From positions 20,088,001-20,152,000 of the forward strand of contig CM114271.1 in assembly GCA_050084515.1 (NCBI GenBank): DNA of 64,000 bases. Direction: 5' to 3'. Every line of letters begins with the position of its first letter. Position 1 is the first letter of the stretch. The translations under genes were made by a program, and so were the position numbers. Source of the stretch: Blasia pusilla. Lineage: Eukaryota. The notes under the pieces are model-generated. The model was not told the origin of the DNA, searched no databases, and saw only the letters and a list, made by a program, of their open reading frames with translations. Positions 40,032 to 54,904 of this stretch are shown here, piece after piece.

Positions 40032-41389
40032 ACATGTACACGTCACTTATGCAAAAGTTTTTAGATCTACTTCTCCTTATTCTTGATTTTTTTTTTTGAA
40101 CTTTTATTGTATAGTTATATTTCATTTACTTGAAATTTTTATATTTAATTGTTAAATTAGGTGTGTTGAGTATTGGATGTATTTAGACAAATAAAGATGG
40201 TGTCCTCCAAGAATAATGTAGAAATTAAAAATTTGGAAAATTTATCCACATCATCAAGATGCATGAGAATCAATATGATGATATCATCAATCATTTTAAA
40301 ATGTTGTGTTTTGAGTCCTTATTTTTTAATTAAATAATTTTTAGTAGATGGAAATTGAGAAAGACATTATGGATATGAAATTTAGGGCCCAAATAGTTAG
40401 GGATAGTATGGGTTCTAGTATGAGTTGAGAATAACTCGTAATTAGGGATAGCTAGTTCACAAAATGGATTTTGGAAACTACTATTAATACCACTTAGATA
40501 GTTACAAATTTCAAACCTAACAAAAGATTTCTATGAATGCAAGGAATTGAAAGATCGAGTCACAAGATCTTAAACAATTTGTATATATGTATTATGAGTA
40601 TACTAAAACATATTAGGGAAAAAAAAATTTTAAAAATATTCTCAATATTTGTGAAGCGTGATCCAAGTTTTGTGATCAACCATACAATTACTTCATCCCT
40701 ATGTCTCTTAATTTATAATATTTGCAACATTAATTATATAAAGAGAATTATTATATATTCGGTCTATGCAAAAAGTCTCAAATTCCATTTCAACCTCTTG
40801 TTCCCTCTAATGAAGCATATGAATGTGCCTATTGCCAATCCTATATTACAGTATATACAAACTCCCGCTACCTTGTGATAAATTAGAAAGTACAATTTCA
40901 ACATTTTTTTTCAGATAAAAAGATATTTCTACGGAATTATAAGTATTTTATGCATGTTCTTATGAAAAATGTCTTTTCATCTAAATAAAAACATTAATTA
41001 TTTTTAAAAATTCTTATGTCTAGTTAAAAATATTTGAGAATTTCATACAAAGATAAGATTTTAATGAATATGAAGAAGAAAGAGTTCGTTATTACCTTAA
41101 TATATAGGGATTTGAGTGTATTAGGCACCACAAGTAATATCTATTATTGATTATAAAGTTATTTATTCAAGAAAACGTGCATTTTTCTAATGTACTTCAA
41201 GGTGCATTAGTTTTTATAACAGCGCACTTACGTTTATATGTGTCCCAATAGCTTGTAGTCGAATAATAATATATGGTGCAACCCGGTAAAGAGCTTTAGA
41301 TAATACAGACTCGTATATTTGGGTAGTGGGATTATATGTAGATAGTTAGAGTGACCTTTTGGACTCCCTTTTTGACATGTGTGTACAAG

Positions 41390-42075
41390 ATACCAAGTAA
41401 CCAAGAGAGTCCCACTCCTAAGGAGGTATTTGATACAATTGATAATGCAAAAATATTGAGTTCTCTAAATCTATGTGTTGGCTATCATCAATTGCTCATC
41501 ATAGTGGAGGATAGGTAGAAAACATAGTTTCAGGGGTTGACGCTCATGGGAAGGTCCAATTGAGCTCTACAAATTGATGAACCATATTATGGCATGACTT
41601 GACTTTGCTTAATGCTACATTTATGCGATTGCAAGCTTTAGTGCGATAGTAGATAAGCACACAAACATCTCCACGCGGTTGAGAGGCTTACGACCCATGA
41701 CCTAAAGGTCCACTCAGGAAAGTGCATGCTATATATGTATTTTTGGATCACTATGTTTCTCCACCTGGTTTGGAAATGTAGTAAACGCGGTTGATGCTAT
41801 TGGATATATTCCATGCTCTATAGATATGAGTAAAGTTCACTCATTTATGGGATTGGAGAACCACTATCAACATTATGTCAAAGGATTTGGTACGATTATA
41901 AGGTCGTTGATTTTGCTAACAAGAGTGGACCAGAACTGGTAATAAGGTGTTGATAAGGATAAGGATTTTTAAGAGCTCGAGGTTAGATTTCCATCGACGT
42001 CTATTTTGAGTATTAGAGGGTGGATGTTCCAATTGCATATTGACGAGTGCATATTGGGACTTGGATCAATGTTGA
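41390..42075 (+). mobile_element. Decayed Ty3/gypsy RT-RNase H fragment
   Basis: Broken translation gives GYHQL.I..ED..KT.F.G.DAHGK and FMGLENHYQHYVKGF, homologous to the RT at 60300-61107. Confidence 0.75.
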
Positions 42076-44882
42076 CCTAGCGGAATCATGAGGAAGGTGT
42101 TCTTGTGTGAAGGTTCGGAGTAATGCCTGTATGAACCTATCATGTTCTTGTTTTGAGGATTTTCTTTTTAAGGATATTATGGAACACGTGTCATACTCTG
42201 AAGGTGTCGCCATTTAAAAAATGCTCCTAAAATTAGAGTATAGATGAGGATATCCCTTCACAATGGTGAGATGATTTCATGATACACATCCCGTCATGAT
42301 GCCAATGGCTTCAAAGTAAATCCTTGTAAATAGAGTTAAAACATATAAATTATAGTATACTTATAGAATGAACGAGGTGAAGAAAGGATGGCTTTATAGT
42401 TCCAAAATAACAAAGATGAAACGGTTGAGGTTTTTCTTAAATAGTCTCCTAATTTCTGGTCACATATTTGAAATGGCTAAAAGTTTTCCAACCAGGAACC
42501 CTATGAGAAGAGAACTAATTCTGAAAACTAATCTAATTAAAATAACCACTTAAAGATCATTCCGAAAATATAAAGAATAGGAATACTTTTGATTTAGAAA
42601 AATACATATTTAGAAAACCTCTTATTTTTTATATAATTATTTTATTATGCAAATGCCTAGAAACAACAGAACGTCGATCATTGTCGGTGATCATATCCCT
42701 CCGTGCCGGCGACGCTTCGGTACCACTGGATTGCTGCGCGGAGGACGGCTATCTCCTAAGGGCCGGTCATCTCAGTCCCGATTCCCTACGGGGAACGTCG
42801 GCGGCGGTGTAGCCGAATTGGTGCGACGTGGCACTACTGCGCCAGTCGGAGAGTATGCAGGAGCCTCTGTGGCTGTAGGTCTACATGTGATTAGCGAAAT
42901 AGAGGACAGCGAGACAAAAGGAGTTGGTTTTCTTTTCCTTTTCCTAAGAAGCAAGACAAAGGAGTTGGTTTTCTTTTCCATTTTCTTTTAGTTTTCTTTT
43001 CTTTCCAGAGAACGAAGCGATTCGTTCCCGGGCGGTTGGAAAGAAGCCACGCTGTAATATTTTTAAAGAGCACGCAAAGCACGATCTCCCAACTTGATAT
43101 TAGTGGCCCGAGCATCCTCTCGGGTGTCGCGATTAGCCTTTCAATTTTTCTTTTGGCGGTGAGAATATCATGGGGAATTAAATCGAAAATTAAAAAAATA
43201 CTGTTTTGATGTCATCCCATGGTATAGTAAGTAGTTCAGTAGTAGTACTCCACTTCCTAACGACGTCCCAACGCTCCACATCGTGGTAACCTCGTATGCA
43301 GGACAACGAAAACGTGCATCGGTGGCAATACTATACCCGTATTTATTTGTTTACTTCGCTACTTATCTCTGAGTTGTTGCGGAGTGACTCTCCTCCGATG
43401 ACGACGACGAAATATGCGTGCACATGACGGCCAAGTAGTACGTATCGTCTATGCTCGTAGTAATTACAATATTATTATCACCGAAATGCTGTAGTATTCA
43501 ACTATTATTCATTTCCTTCCAGCATCCACATTTCGGGCGGTATCGAAGTCCTAAACGTGTCGAGAATTGAGTACCCTCCTTCCTTCCGTTCCGCCGCTCG
43601 TTTGTTATTTATTCGCTCCACCAAAATGCGGAGAGGAAATGCTTAGGACTTGTCCGCCGGAATGTGCGAGGGACTGGCATGGTATCCGAAACCGCTCTTT
43701 CTCTCTTCGCCTTCGCTTTCGTTCGCTCTCTCTGTTGTGTCTCATTTCGAAACGGGTGAAAAAGTAAGTGTCGGATCGCTTTATAGTCTGTCCGCGAGCG
43801 GTGGATAAAGTTTGAAACACCTTCGAGAATGGTCCCCCGGTATTCCGTACTCGGAGGGAAACTACCACCGTCTCCCGGTCCGGACTGCATTTTGTCTCGG
43901 AACAAAGAAAATTCGGTGAGTGCGAAACTCGAAAAAACATTTCTAGTTATTTCGGCGAGCTTTGGTATGAGATGTGTTTTGGATTCTCCGTATTTGAAGG
44001 GTATGTTATTTGTATTTTCATATTTACGGAGATTACATGCTGTCTCCGTTTTAAATTCTTGCTTCTTTCCCCGCTCTATCTCCTTGTTAGAATATGTCCA
44101 TGTGTCCTACATGACGTCTCCTTCACCCTTAGATATCAGCATGACGGACTATATTACGACGCATGTGCGGCCCTTGCCTTCACATCCCTTGTGCGAGTTT
44201 GTTTGTTGTCTTCGGGTCTCTCGCTCCACTCTTTGTTGCAATTGTGCCCCTTTTTAGGGTTTTGAGTTTTATAATGGAGTTCGGAAACATGATTACACTG
44301 CGAACAATCGGGAGTAACACAACACGAATCGGATTCCGATTCGTGTAACACAACGAAATCTTGAGTAACACGGCGCCCCATATATTTGGAGGGTCGGAGA
44401 ACACTTCCAAAGTTCGGAGAACACGAATCGGGACACGGCTAAAGAAGACCTTTAGCCTAGGAATAACATTGTGGATATTATTCCGTATTAATGAGGGAAT
44501 TAATACTAGCACGGATGCTAACATCCGACCATTAAAAACTCATATCCTAGGGTCGAGAACGTGCATAATAACTTGCATTCTACAGGTTTTGCACTTGGAG
44601 TCGACTTCTTGTTGGGGTCGTAATGACCATCCTACTCGCTTTACCTTAAGATCTTATTACGTTCGAATGTATTTTTCATCCTACTTTGAGATACTCACTC
44701 TTTGCAAGGAGATACTCATTCTCTATGGGCCTTCAAAAAAAAAAAAAAAAAAAAACACCAAATCTCCTCAATGAGAACCCGGAACAAAAATTAAGATGTG
44801 AAGGTGCGTTTCGAATGCGATGTCAATATCACATATGTGGAAGGGGTCCCATAAGCCAAATAGGCTTCTCGTGGACTATAAG

Positions 44883-44886
<4 letters not shown>

Positions 44887-44969
<83 letters not shown>
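44887..44969. repeat. (CT)n microsatellite, ~41 units
   Basis: Seen directly. Confidence 0.98.
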
Positions 44970-44973
<4 letters not shown>

Positions 44974-46413
44974 ATTTAAGAGAGAGATCCTTGAAGCAGG
45001 TAGAGCGCCCAATAATCTTCGTATGATATAGGGCAAGGGATTCTACATTTATCTTGGCCTAAGAAATTAACTTGCTCCTGAGGATATCCTAGGAGTTGAG
45101 AGTAAAGATCCTTATGAGGTTTAAAACTTAGTGGATTCTTCAACGGTTCACTTCCCATGGAGTTGAATAACCTTCATAACACCTTCAAAACGAAACCAAG
45201 CCTACCACTTTTGTATTCTCCTCCGGTTGACATCTACATCTTCGTTCCCTCTTAGAGGAGTATTAATACTAAGAAAGGAATGAGCGGAACTCATGCGATC
45301 TCCACATGACTAATGTGTAGATCTCAAGACGTTCACCATCTGAAGAATCTTGAGTTATTTGCATAGTGATGAATCTATCGATCTCACGTATACGAGATTG
45401 GAAAATCAAGATACAGATATGATGCTCACGGTCTGAAAATGGCAAGTTTTCCAGATAGGGTAGTGCTCTAGGAGTGGGGTTAGATAATGAATTATAGAAT
45501 GTAGAGGGATATTAGGAATCAGAAATGCGGGTCTTCAACTATAACCTCTTATCGGTTGTGAAATATGCAGGCTCTACTAATAGCTACGTCAAACCTATAT
45601 TGATGATAGGACCTTAAGAGAGAATATTTGCTTCCACTAGTGTGTTCTCCTCCTCTATCGTATTGTGTGGGTGATGTTCCTTCTCCCTCCATCTAGCGGA
45701 GTAATGACATCTCGCCATTTTGACTTAGAGTTTAGGGTTCCAACTTCTATTCATGACTATTTTTAGTTGTCCTGTGAATACGTCAGGAATGATCTTGCTA
45801 TTGCTACTGCGGAAGAAATGTGAATGTGCAAAACGCTCGACTTTCGTCCATGGAATAGAGCAAGAGTTGTGCACATCGTGCACGACAATGGAAGGGTAAA
45901 TGAGTGAATGATTTATCCATATTATTGGCCCTTCTATTTTTGTCCTTATTGTAAACGACTCCTACTTCCTAAACTATTGTTTTTTCGGCAACGACTCACT
46001 TTTTGAAAGTTCTCGAATAATGCTTTCTCTCAAATGTATTTGTGCAGGTACCTTAAGTTCCTAGCGCCCCATCCATACAAGGTAGACCAATTCTAAATAT
46101 TTTTTTTATAGTCCATTGATGCACACCCTACCTTTCTATGTATGTTCCTTGATTTGTTTACCTTTCAAGTACTATCGTAGTAGTTTGTATATTTCCGTTC
46201 CTTATATTCCATTTGCATTCCTTACCTTAGATGGCTGAGAAACTATAAGTTTTCCCTTATCCATCGATTTTTGCTCTTCAACTACTAGTCATACTCTGCT
46301 TTTCATTTTTGTGGTAACTTATCTACGTTGCAAAACTAGCGTAATCATGTACCTACCTACCTACCTACCTATCCATATAGAGTTATTAGTTCTAAGATAC
46401 TATATTTTTTGTT

Positions 46414-49400
46414 ATGCCTCCAACTCATAGCCATAGGGTGAGATCTACATTGTCCTTGCCACCTTCCTGCACTCTTAAGTGTCCCTCTCACAAGAGGCTA
46501 TGTCCATTGTGTGCTTCTTCAATTATACTTAGCAAGAGTAGTCTATCCTCATTTACAGAACAAGCCAAGGAAAGAAATTGTGCAAGACAAAAAAGTTCAT
46601 GCAGTCCTGATAGCTAACAATGGCCCCTTATTGACCAATTACACTTGACTTGGGATCTTTTATGCCAAGTATTCATAAAGCAAATGCAGTGTTGCGTTTA
46701 TTGTGTTACTCTCATCTTTTTCAGCCCTCGTGCTAAAATGTAAGTTCTAGCGAGTATCCACTATATGCATTGTGCAATGGTTTTCTCCTCCCTTACATAA
46801 TGCTTAGACCTAATGAGTTTTATGTATGTCACTTGTATAGTAATACTGAACCTCGGACAACTTTCAACGTGTACATAACTCCATCCTATATAAGGAAAAT
46901 CCTAGAAGCCAACTCAATCCCTTGCACCCCAAGTTACTTTCCTTAGTTGATTCAAGGATTGGTATACAAAACAAGTTTAATGGCTTTCACAAAGATTTCT
47001 TTAATGCTAAATCCCTCCTTCATTCTCCATTAATTCAATGGAACCTTGGTAGTATGAAATTCCATGAAGCTCAATCTAGTGTTCATCACATTACGAAGGT
47101 ATTTATAGCAAATCTTTGCTTAAACGCCTTGTACAAGGAGTATAAAGCCCTTCTTGAGCTACCAAATCCCTTTGCAAGCTTGGTAGTTCTCCTTGATAGT
47201 GTTGTGCAAACCATACTCAAGGATTCCCAACAGAAAGGTTAAATTACACATAGTATGAACCACAATCCATATCGACGTGAGTTGAACATCATCCATGATG
47301 TTGCATACTCATTGCCAACAAGTAGGCCCAAGTCTTTTGATATATTTGACAATCGGTCCATCTTAATGTGTAATGAAGCCAACTATAGAGAGAGCTTGTT
47401 AACTGATTCTACTTAGGCACCTTTAGACATAAGATTAACCATTGAAACTTGGTTCTTTCCATTCCTTTTTCCTTACATGCAAGGCTTCTTTACAAGAACA
47501 GTCCCTTTCTTTGAGTATATGAGAGTTAGATCTAGGAATTTATTCAGTTTTTTCTCCCTATACAAACCATGCTCTTTGATTATGCATCAAATCCACCAAT
47601 CTATCTCACTCTGTTCATTATCAAGGACATTCATTTTGAATCAAGATCTTGTTAGGTTACGCAAAGAAAAGCAAGAACTAGCCGAGGAAGACTTGTACTA
47701 CCACTTATCTAAGCATTCCTTCAGCCCTCAACTCCCTGATAGTCCTTCTAAGCATGGGCATTACTTAAAATATCTCAAGGCAATGGTACAAAAATGGGGT
47801 ATGCCTCACTTCTTTTTAACTCTTACTTGTGATGAAGTTTCATGCACATGTTGGGGTGAGTTTAATCACATTGATGGATTAATACTTAAATTTAACCCCA
47901 ACTTCACTTGGAGGGACGCACTTGCTAAATGTGCACAAGTATTCCATATACTCTTACACATATTTCTTGCCCAATTCATATTCTATGGATCACGGTTCCT
48001 TGTTAAAGTTATAGATTATGTCCTTAAATATGAACTCTAAGTCTCGGGTAGTTTGCATTACCATATGATCCTTTGAGTTCAAGATAGTGATATTGATACA
48101 TTATTTTAGAGATATACACCTACATTCCATACCATACCAATAAAAATTTTTCATCTAAGCTACCTGCCAAAATATCTAATCATTGTTGAATAGTTACGCC
48201 ACACATAAGCAGTTCCACGAATGTAAGGCCTAGGATAATGTATGTATTATCTACGAAAGGATAACGTCCTTACTACCATCTTGGATTCCCTACTCATATC
48301 AACACCTCTATTCTTCATTGCGTTGACCCAAGAACAATGCGATGGGTTTGCTATAGACCCTCACACAAACACGGGATGAAAGGTTTTTTTATTCATGTGT
48401 TCATGAATGTAATAACCTTTCATCTTGTCATTCTTCTCATTTGGGGGGCTCACATGAAAGGATCGTGATCCTAATTGCCCAAATTTTTTGGTTGATATTG
48501 GTAGTGATATCGTAGTTTTGTTTGAATCTAGAGCAAACGTCGGCCCTTCCACAAGATCAAAAAAGTCAAAGGAAAGGAAGGGAAAAGAGATACAACTTGC
48601 AGTATACTTGATAATTGTACTTGCTGAAAAATGCCCTTAAATCTGATCCAATTGGTGCATTGGACATTGACATTGAGTTCACTCGCTACCTTGGACTTGA
48701 AGGTCTAGATAAATTAAGACTTAAGCTTGTCTCTGGGATAGTACTCAATCACTCTATTTCTAGTGCTGAAAGTGCTCTCACCTTTATGCAAATTCCTATT
48801 ATCTTCCGTTTCCAAGGTGTCAAGTACGTTGATTCCAACCCACCTACTTGTAGAACTTCCTTGTACAAGAATGCATCAATACCATGCATACATCCAACAA
48901 CTCTGTACTATAATAGGCCTGCTTTCTAGAAAACCTCACCTTTGTCCAATATTGGACCCAAAATGAGATATTCAAAACTTGCCCAAAAGATATGATTGAC
49001 AAAGTTGTGGCAAAAGATTCTTTGGGTAATTTTGTATGCACATCACATTGGCTTGTTAGGTTTACACACTTCCATCCACTTCACCAATGGATTGGGTTCT
49101 TCTATAGTATTTTTTTGCAGTCTTCTACATTCAAATGTGAGAATTCCCTACAATGATCATCTTCTCCTCAATGGACATACTTATGGAGTCATGGACATAC
49201 AACTGAAATTATAGCAAAGGAGAATTCTATCCTTTTGCCTTATCTTTGCGTTGATCTCCATCATCTTCTTGACTTCACTGAACTTGTATCTCTAGACCCA
49301 ATATTTTTTGCTACTATGACACCTCTACACCCAGACTTTTCAATGCTTAATGACGATCAACTTCTACTCTATGAAACACTTAAACTCACCTAAACTTCTG

Positions 49401-51732
49401 GTTTAGTGCTTTTGACAGGTGCACCTGGTAGTGGTAAGAGTTTATTTGTAAAATTATGTGTGAGTATTGGAAGTCTATGAACATGGTTTCCCTACCAGCT
49501 TCTACTAAAAGTATTGATGTTGTTCGATTCCATCTTGAAGCTACAACTATCCACTCAACCTTCATTCATATACGTGGAGATTTAGCTACCATACACACTA
49601 CTTATGATACCTATCTTAAACTCCAAAGATCCAATCTTATTGTCATAGATGAATGTTCAATGTTAACACCAAGTCTTTTGCAAATCATAGCCATGAGAAT
49701 CAAATAATGCAACCCATGTCATGGAAGCAACCCTTTCAATGCTAAGTTGGTTGTCCTTGTTGGGGATGTGTGTCAATTGCCACCTCTTTGTATTACTACT
49801 TTGATAATATTTGCAATATTTCCCACCTCTCATCGTCTATATTTCTCCATGATGCTATCACTTCTAACTTGACTACACCTATATGCCATGCCTCTCGATC
49901 ATCTCTGTTACTTATCGTTTTTCAACATAGTTTGGTCTAGGGTACCAACTACACGATAAATACTATCATGCCTCTGGGACTACTATGTTATTGAGAATTA
50001 TTCAATAGATTTATTACAGATGAAACCAAAATAATATGCATCCATCAGTCAAATGTTCAACTCTTTAATAAAATTTCTTTGAAAAGACTTTTTGGTGATG
50101 CCTCTATTTTACAAGTTTATGTGCAATCCAATGCAGCTGTAGTTTTTGAGTTGAAAGAGTGGTTAGATGGCAATGACTTCCATAAGTTACCATTCATTGG
50201 CATTGGGTGCAAGATCATGCTTGACTCCAATATCAACTTGAAGCTCAAAGCTGCAAATGGTGCTCATCTTGTTGTATGCGACAAGCATGACACAGAGGAA
50301 GTTCTCACATCAATATTTGTGAGGATTCTTTCCTCAAACCATGTTGTGTATGTCACAAGAATACAAATTTTTGTTCTATGACATACCTCCAACCATAAAT
50401 ATTACAAGAAGACTTTCCCACTTTGTCTTGGGTGCAATGGATGCTCACAAGAGCCAAGGTGCAACAAATATTGGCAAGTGTTTACTTGTAGTAAAGTCTA
50501 CATTTTCCTTAGGTATAATTTATATCATGTTATTAAGGGTGGAGAACAAGAAGAACCTTCATATACTAGGTTAACGAAGAGCATTTAGATTTCCTTATGG
50601 TCAACTACAATAATTCATAATATTTGCACTCTATTCCAACCATCTACACTTTAGATGGCTTCCAATGATAGCACCAACATGTCAAAGGGCAAGAAGGCAA
50701 CGGCGAGTTCCATAAATCACCTCTCATATACTCCAAAAATTTAGCATGAGGAGTAAGGGGCTTTACCATTGCAACTACATGCTATTGATCCTCATTCCCA
50801 TCACGAGGATGAGACTACTCTACCTCACGTAGTACATTGTTATCTTCAACTTTTCTCATTACAAAATCCTTCTTTATAATACTTTTAACTTCAAACTACC
50901 AAGTTACGGCAAGCTACATGGATTTTGTGAATATGACCCTTAATGTTATACAAAGCTTACTCAAGCCTTAGTCATCGAGACACATTCAGCCGACATAGAA
51001 TTAGATGAGGTTTTGTGATAACCTCAAACTTTCACCCATCTCTTGGGAGTATGGTATCACCAGTAGAGAAATCCAATGTATCATTTCTCAAGGAAAAAAT
51101 TGGAACTAGAAGTTCAAGCTACTCAACAAAGACGCACCGGCATGTGGTATATCGATCTCCTTCACATTTACTTTTACATTTCACCTTCAAATCTATCGTT
51201 TATCGAGTACCCATTGCATTCCTGTTTCTATGCCACAAGTTTTTCATATTGATTCCTTCAATTATGCAGGTCTTTAGAAGGAGGCGCTAAGGTACAAGAA
51301 CATCGACTTCAGGGAGACCGTACCTCTCTCACTAGGTCTCAAGCCAACAAACTTTTCTCCTTGGCATAAGTCTAAGTGAGACTTTATCAGATAAGAGTAC
51401 TCAAGCACGATTTTTGTTGCCTTTGAGTAGGCTTATAGACTTGACCTTTGTCAAAGCCTTGCATCATGCATGAAACTTGCAAAGCTCAATGGGAAGCTAC
51501 CGGAATTTTCACCTTGGAAATCTGATCCTTCCAACCCCTATGTTAATCCTATATTACATGATCTTCATGTACCACCTACCGGAACTAGCTCCTTAGCCAT
51601 AGACCATTTTCACCTTATATCCTAGCACCCCATCACCTATTTCGCTGAAATTACTTCCTCACTTCACCAACACCTCTATGATATTTCTTCTATAACTCAC
51701 GTATTACATGCATAATCTTGGCCGCACACTAG
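46414..51732 (+). mobile_element. Degenerate autonomous-type Helitron (Rep + Pif1 helicase pseudo-ORF ~46.4-50.6 kb)
   Basis: Rep motifs PHFFLTLT, YEL*VSGSLHYHMIL (HUH) and YLLKNALK. Helicase motifs LLTGAPGSGKS, IVIDECSML, VLVGDVCQLPP, CKIMLDSNIN..ANGA, AHKSQGAT, YIMLLRV. Candidate 3' CTAG|T at 51729-51732. 5' end not located. Confidence 0.9.
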
Positions 51733-51847
51733 TTTCAAATAATCACAAGCATGTCCATCTCACTTATGATCCTCTCCCCATAATCGCAAGCTAATTTAGG
51801 ATTATGAATCTTAGGCTTACAAAAAAAAAAGACTTTATTAAAGATTA

Positions 51848-52264
51848 CTAATTAGGCCGTCAGGGATTGTGCATGGCACAGATCCTATTTAAATATTCAT
51901 TCTATTTATCACTTTCTCTTCCTATAGCCCCTATATAAGATGACAAAATATTTTGGGAATAAATTTATTGACACATATTAGTAAACGAAGGAGAAATCAT
52001 ACAAAATTGCATCCTCAATTAGTATATAGATTACTAGTTAGGACCCGTAAGAGACCGTGTGATGCATAGATCCTATTTAAATATTCATTCTTCTTACTAA
52101 TTTTTCTTTGCATGACCCGCACTTAAGGTGATCAAACAAAAATTTGAAAGAAAACTAATGACATGTATCAAATTGAGGAGTAGTTGAAAAAATACATGCA
52201 TGTTCAAATATTGCCATGTTTCATCTATAGTTGAAAAAAATACATCCTCCAATTAATATGTAGA
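51848..52264 (-). mobile_element. Two head-to-tail non-autonomous mini-Helitrons (51848-52030, 52034-52264)
   Basis: On the minus strand each starts A|TCTAYATA and ends CTAG/TTAG|T, with a decayed subterminal hairpin (consensus CCGTGCGATGCACGG). They share GATCCTATTTAAATATTCATTCT. Confidence 0.7.
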
Positions 52265-52609
52265 TGAAATATGGGCATATTTGAATGATTAAGTCTTATG
52301 TTTTATTCATATCTTATCCATATTATAATGGGAGATCTTATATGTGTAAAAAGATAAAATAATGGGATAATAAGACAAAATGTAACAATATGCTTGCAGT
52401 TTTATCCCTTGATTCACATTTGATGGGAAGGGAAATTTAGTTTATTAATGAATATTTCTTATTAACTTAATTTATATTATAAAGGATTTAGGGTACAAGA
52501 AGAAGAGAATAATTAACTAATTAATATTATTGCTATAGGAGGAGTAGGAAGGTATTGTGAAACTTTATGGAAGGTTGGGATTATTTAGAAGAATGGGGTA
52601 TAGCTTAAA

Positions 52610-52811
52610 TTTTAATCAAGGAGTGAATTTCTTTTAAGATTTAAGAAAGTAATCGAGGAGTGAAATTCTTTTAACATTTTAATCAAGGAGTGAAATTAAT
52701 TAGGAGTGAAAGTCTTTTAAGATTTAAGAAAGCAATCGAGGAGTGAAATTCTCTTAACATTTTAATCAAGGAGTGAAATTAATTAGGAGTGAAAGTCTTT
52801 TAAGATTTAAT
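52610..52811. repeat. AT-rich tandem repeat, ~83-bp unit built from AGGAGTGAAA subunits
   Basis: TTTTAAGATTTAAGAAAG.AATCGAGGAGTGAAATT...TTAGGAGTGAAAGTC repeated about 2.4 times. Confidence 0.9.
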
Positions 52812-53573
52812 AATATCAAAATTATATTTAATCACTTAAGTTAAAATTATCTTTTTAATTCAAATTTGATATTTTGGGAAAAGAAAATTAATTTTAATGG
52901 AAAAGGGGAAATATATTCTTAATTAAAAATAAAGAAGAATTTGTTAATGGATGTTATTTTGGTGGGAAAAGCGGAAGGGAAAGAAGAGGTGCTCTCTCAA
53001 TGTTAAGGAAATGTACATACTTGCATATTCCTCTCTAATATTCTTGTGTGCCAACTATATATCAACTAAAAGCTTTACCATAGCTATGAGATGAATTGGG
53101 GGAATATAGCTCAGTCTTTATGATGATGAAACTCTAACTTTGCTTTGAACAACTTTATTGTCTTTTTGAAAAAAATTTATCCTGTATTTTTCCTACTCTC
53201 AACTAAGAAAAGAAATCCACTCTCTTCGTTTTGAAAATATAATTCTTGCTGCACTGTAATCTTATTCTCTTTCATTTTTTGTTCTCAAAATATGAGTTTA
53301 TTTTCCCTAATTACCAAAATTGAGTTATTAGTATACATTTTTCGTACTTTCTCTTTAGCTTAGTAAATGGTACAATTAAAAAGAAATCCAAGTGACTTAA
53401 CAAGCTTCACAATTTTTTTTTATGATCTCGTAAGCTAGATTAGTTAATTATGGCTTCTGATTATATTTGATTGGAACAACACATCTTTTATTTTAATTTT
53501 TTCGTGTATCTTCTCATAAATGATACGTCAACTAATATGCTTTTCTCATGTGTGTTTGTAGATAGTGTATACT

Positions 53574-53825
53574 CTTGATACTTATAGACTAAATTAGTCT
53601 TACTTGCGATACCTATGGATCTAGTGTCGCTTCAAACACGTGTGGATCTCGTGTGACTTGATACCTCTAGATCAGGTTTCACTTTGATGCCTCCAAATTC
53701 AGTGTTGCTTGAGACATTTGAAGGTATGGTGTTACTTTGACACCTTTGGACCTTGTGCCACTTGTTACCTCCCATCCAATGTTGCTTGACTCATAGGATG
53801 TGGTGACTTGATGCTTGTGGTCCAA
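53574..53825. repeat. Degenerate ~25-27-bp minisatellite, ~9-10 copies
   Basis: Recurring CTTGAYACCTNTGGATCTNGTGTNR-like units. Confidence 0.7.
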
Positions 53826-54904
53826 TCCTACCTTATTAAATCCTACCTTATTAGAGAAGAACCAAAATTGCTAAAATTTTCAACGCATCGACGGCATTGG
53901 GGATGGATCCAACTATAAGTCCGTTTGCTAGATGTCCTTTTTTTTCAAGGACTTGGTTAGAATTTATTATTTTATTTTCCCTTTATTTTACAATTCCCAC
54001 AATTTTCTTATCCCAAATTTTTTTCTTGGTGTTGTACATGTAGGTTTCCCTATCCAACCAAACCACCAAAATTTTTCCTATCTACAATAATAAAATTATT
54101 TAAATTTAAATTAAATTAAATTAAAGTGAGGTATATTCTTCAGCAAGAATGCATTCTTGGAGATTCAATCTTCGGTTGCGGGTTAAGATTGAATCTTACA
54201 TTGGCTAAAATATTCCAAAGATTTAATCTTCGGGCATTTCAAGGATATTTATTATACGAAAAGGGGAGGGAGATGAATCTAATAATGTGGCAATGATCCA
54301 TATAAGGGCTATTTGGAACACTTAAGCCAAGTTTTGAACTAGAAAGGAAACTTCTTGGGGAAAGTTAGGGCATACCAACAAGAAAGAAACTCTAGTATGT
54401 GGAGCTCACCATTGGGTTTATATTGCGTGGGAGCTTAATCGGGAAGAAACTTGAATAATATTATGGCATAAATAAAACTGGGGTTGGGCTTCTCTACAAT
54501 ATAATCCGTGTGTTACTTAGATATGCTTCATACCCTAAACTCATAAATTTAAGTTTTGTGAAGGAGAGTTGCATGATGATGAATCATGAGGTATGGTTTG
54601 GGGCAAGTATTGACTGAGTTGTATACAAGGACATCTAAACTCACTAGTTTCATGCCCAACAACACATGAAAAGGGTACTTGTTTGGGTTTTACACTCTTA
54701 ATAAATACCCTGCTCCTCACCAAAAAAAGATCCCCACTCTTCCACTTGTTGGAGAGCACCTAAAATATCCACTTACGGTTTTTATGCAGATTTTTTTTCA
54801 AAAAAAAGAAACGAAATATTCGCTATAATGTTATACTCCATATCGGAACGAATGCGATGTAAGACATCTTTTGGTTAATTCCCTCCAACTGTGAAATATG
54901 TCCT

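Noticed and set aside
42647-43115. GC-rich ORFs or exon-like segment
   Set aside because: No homologous motif or linked exons identified.
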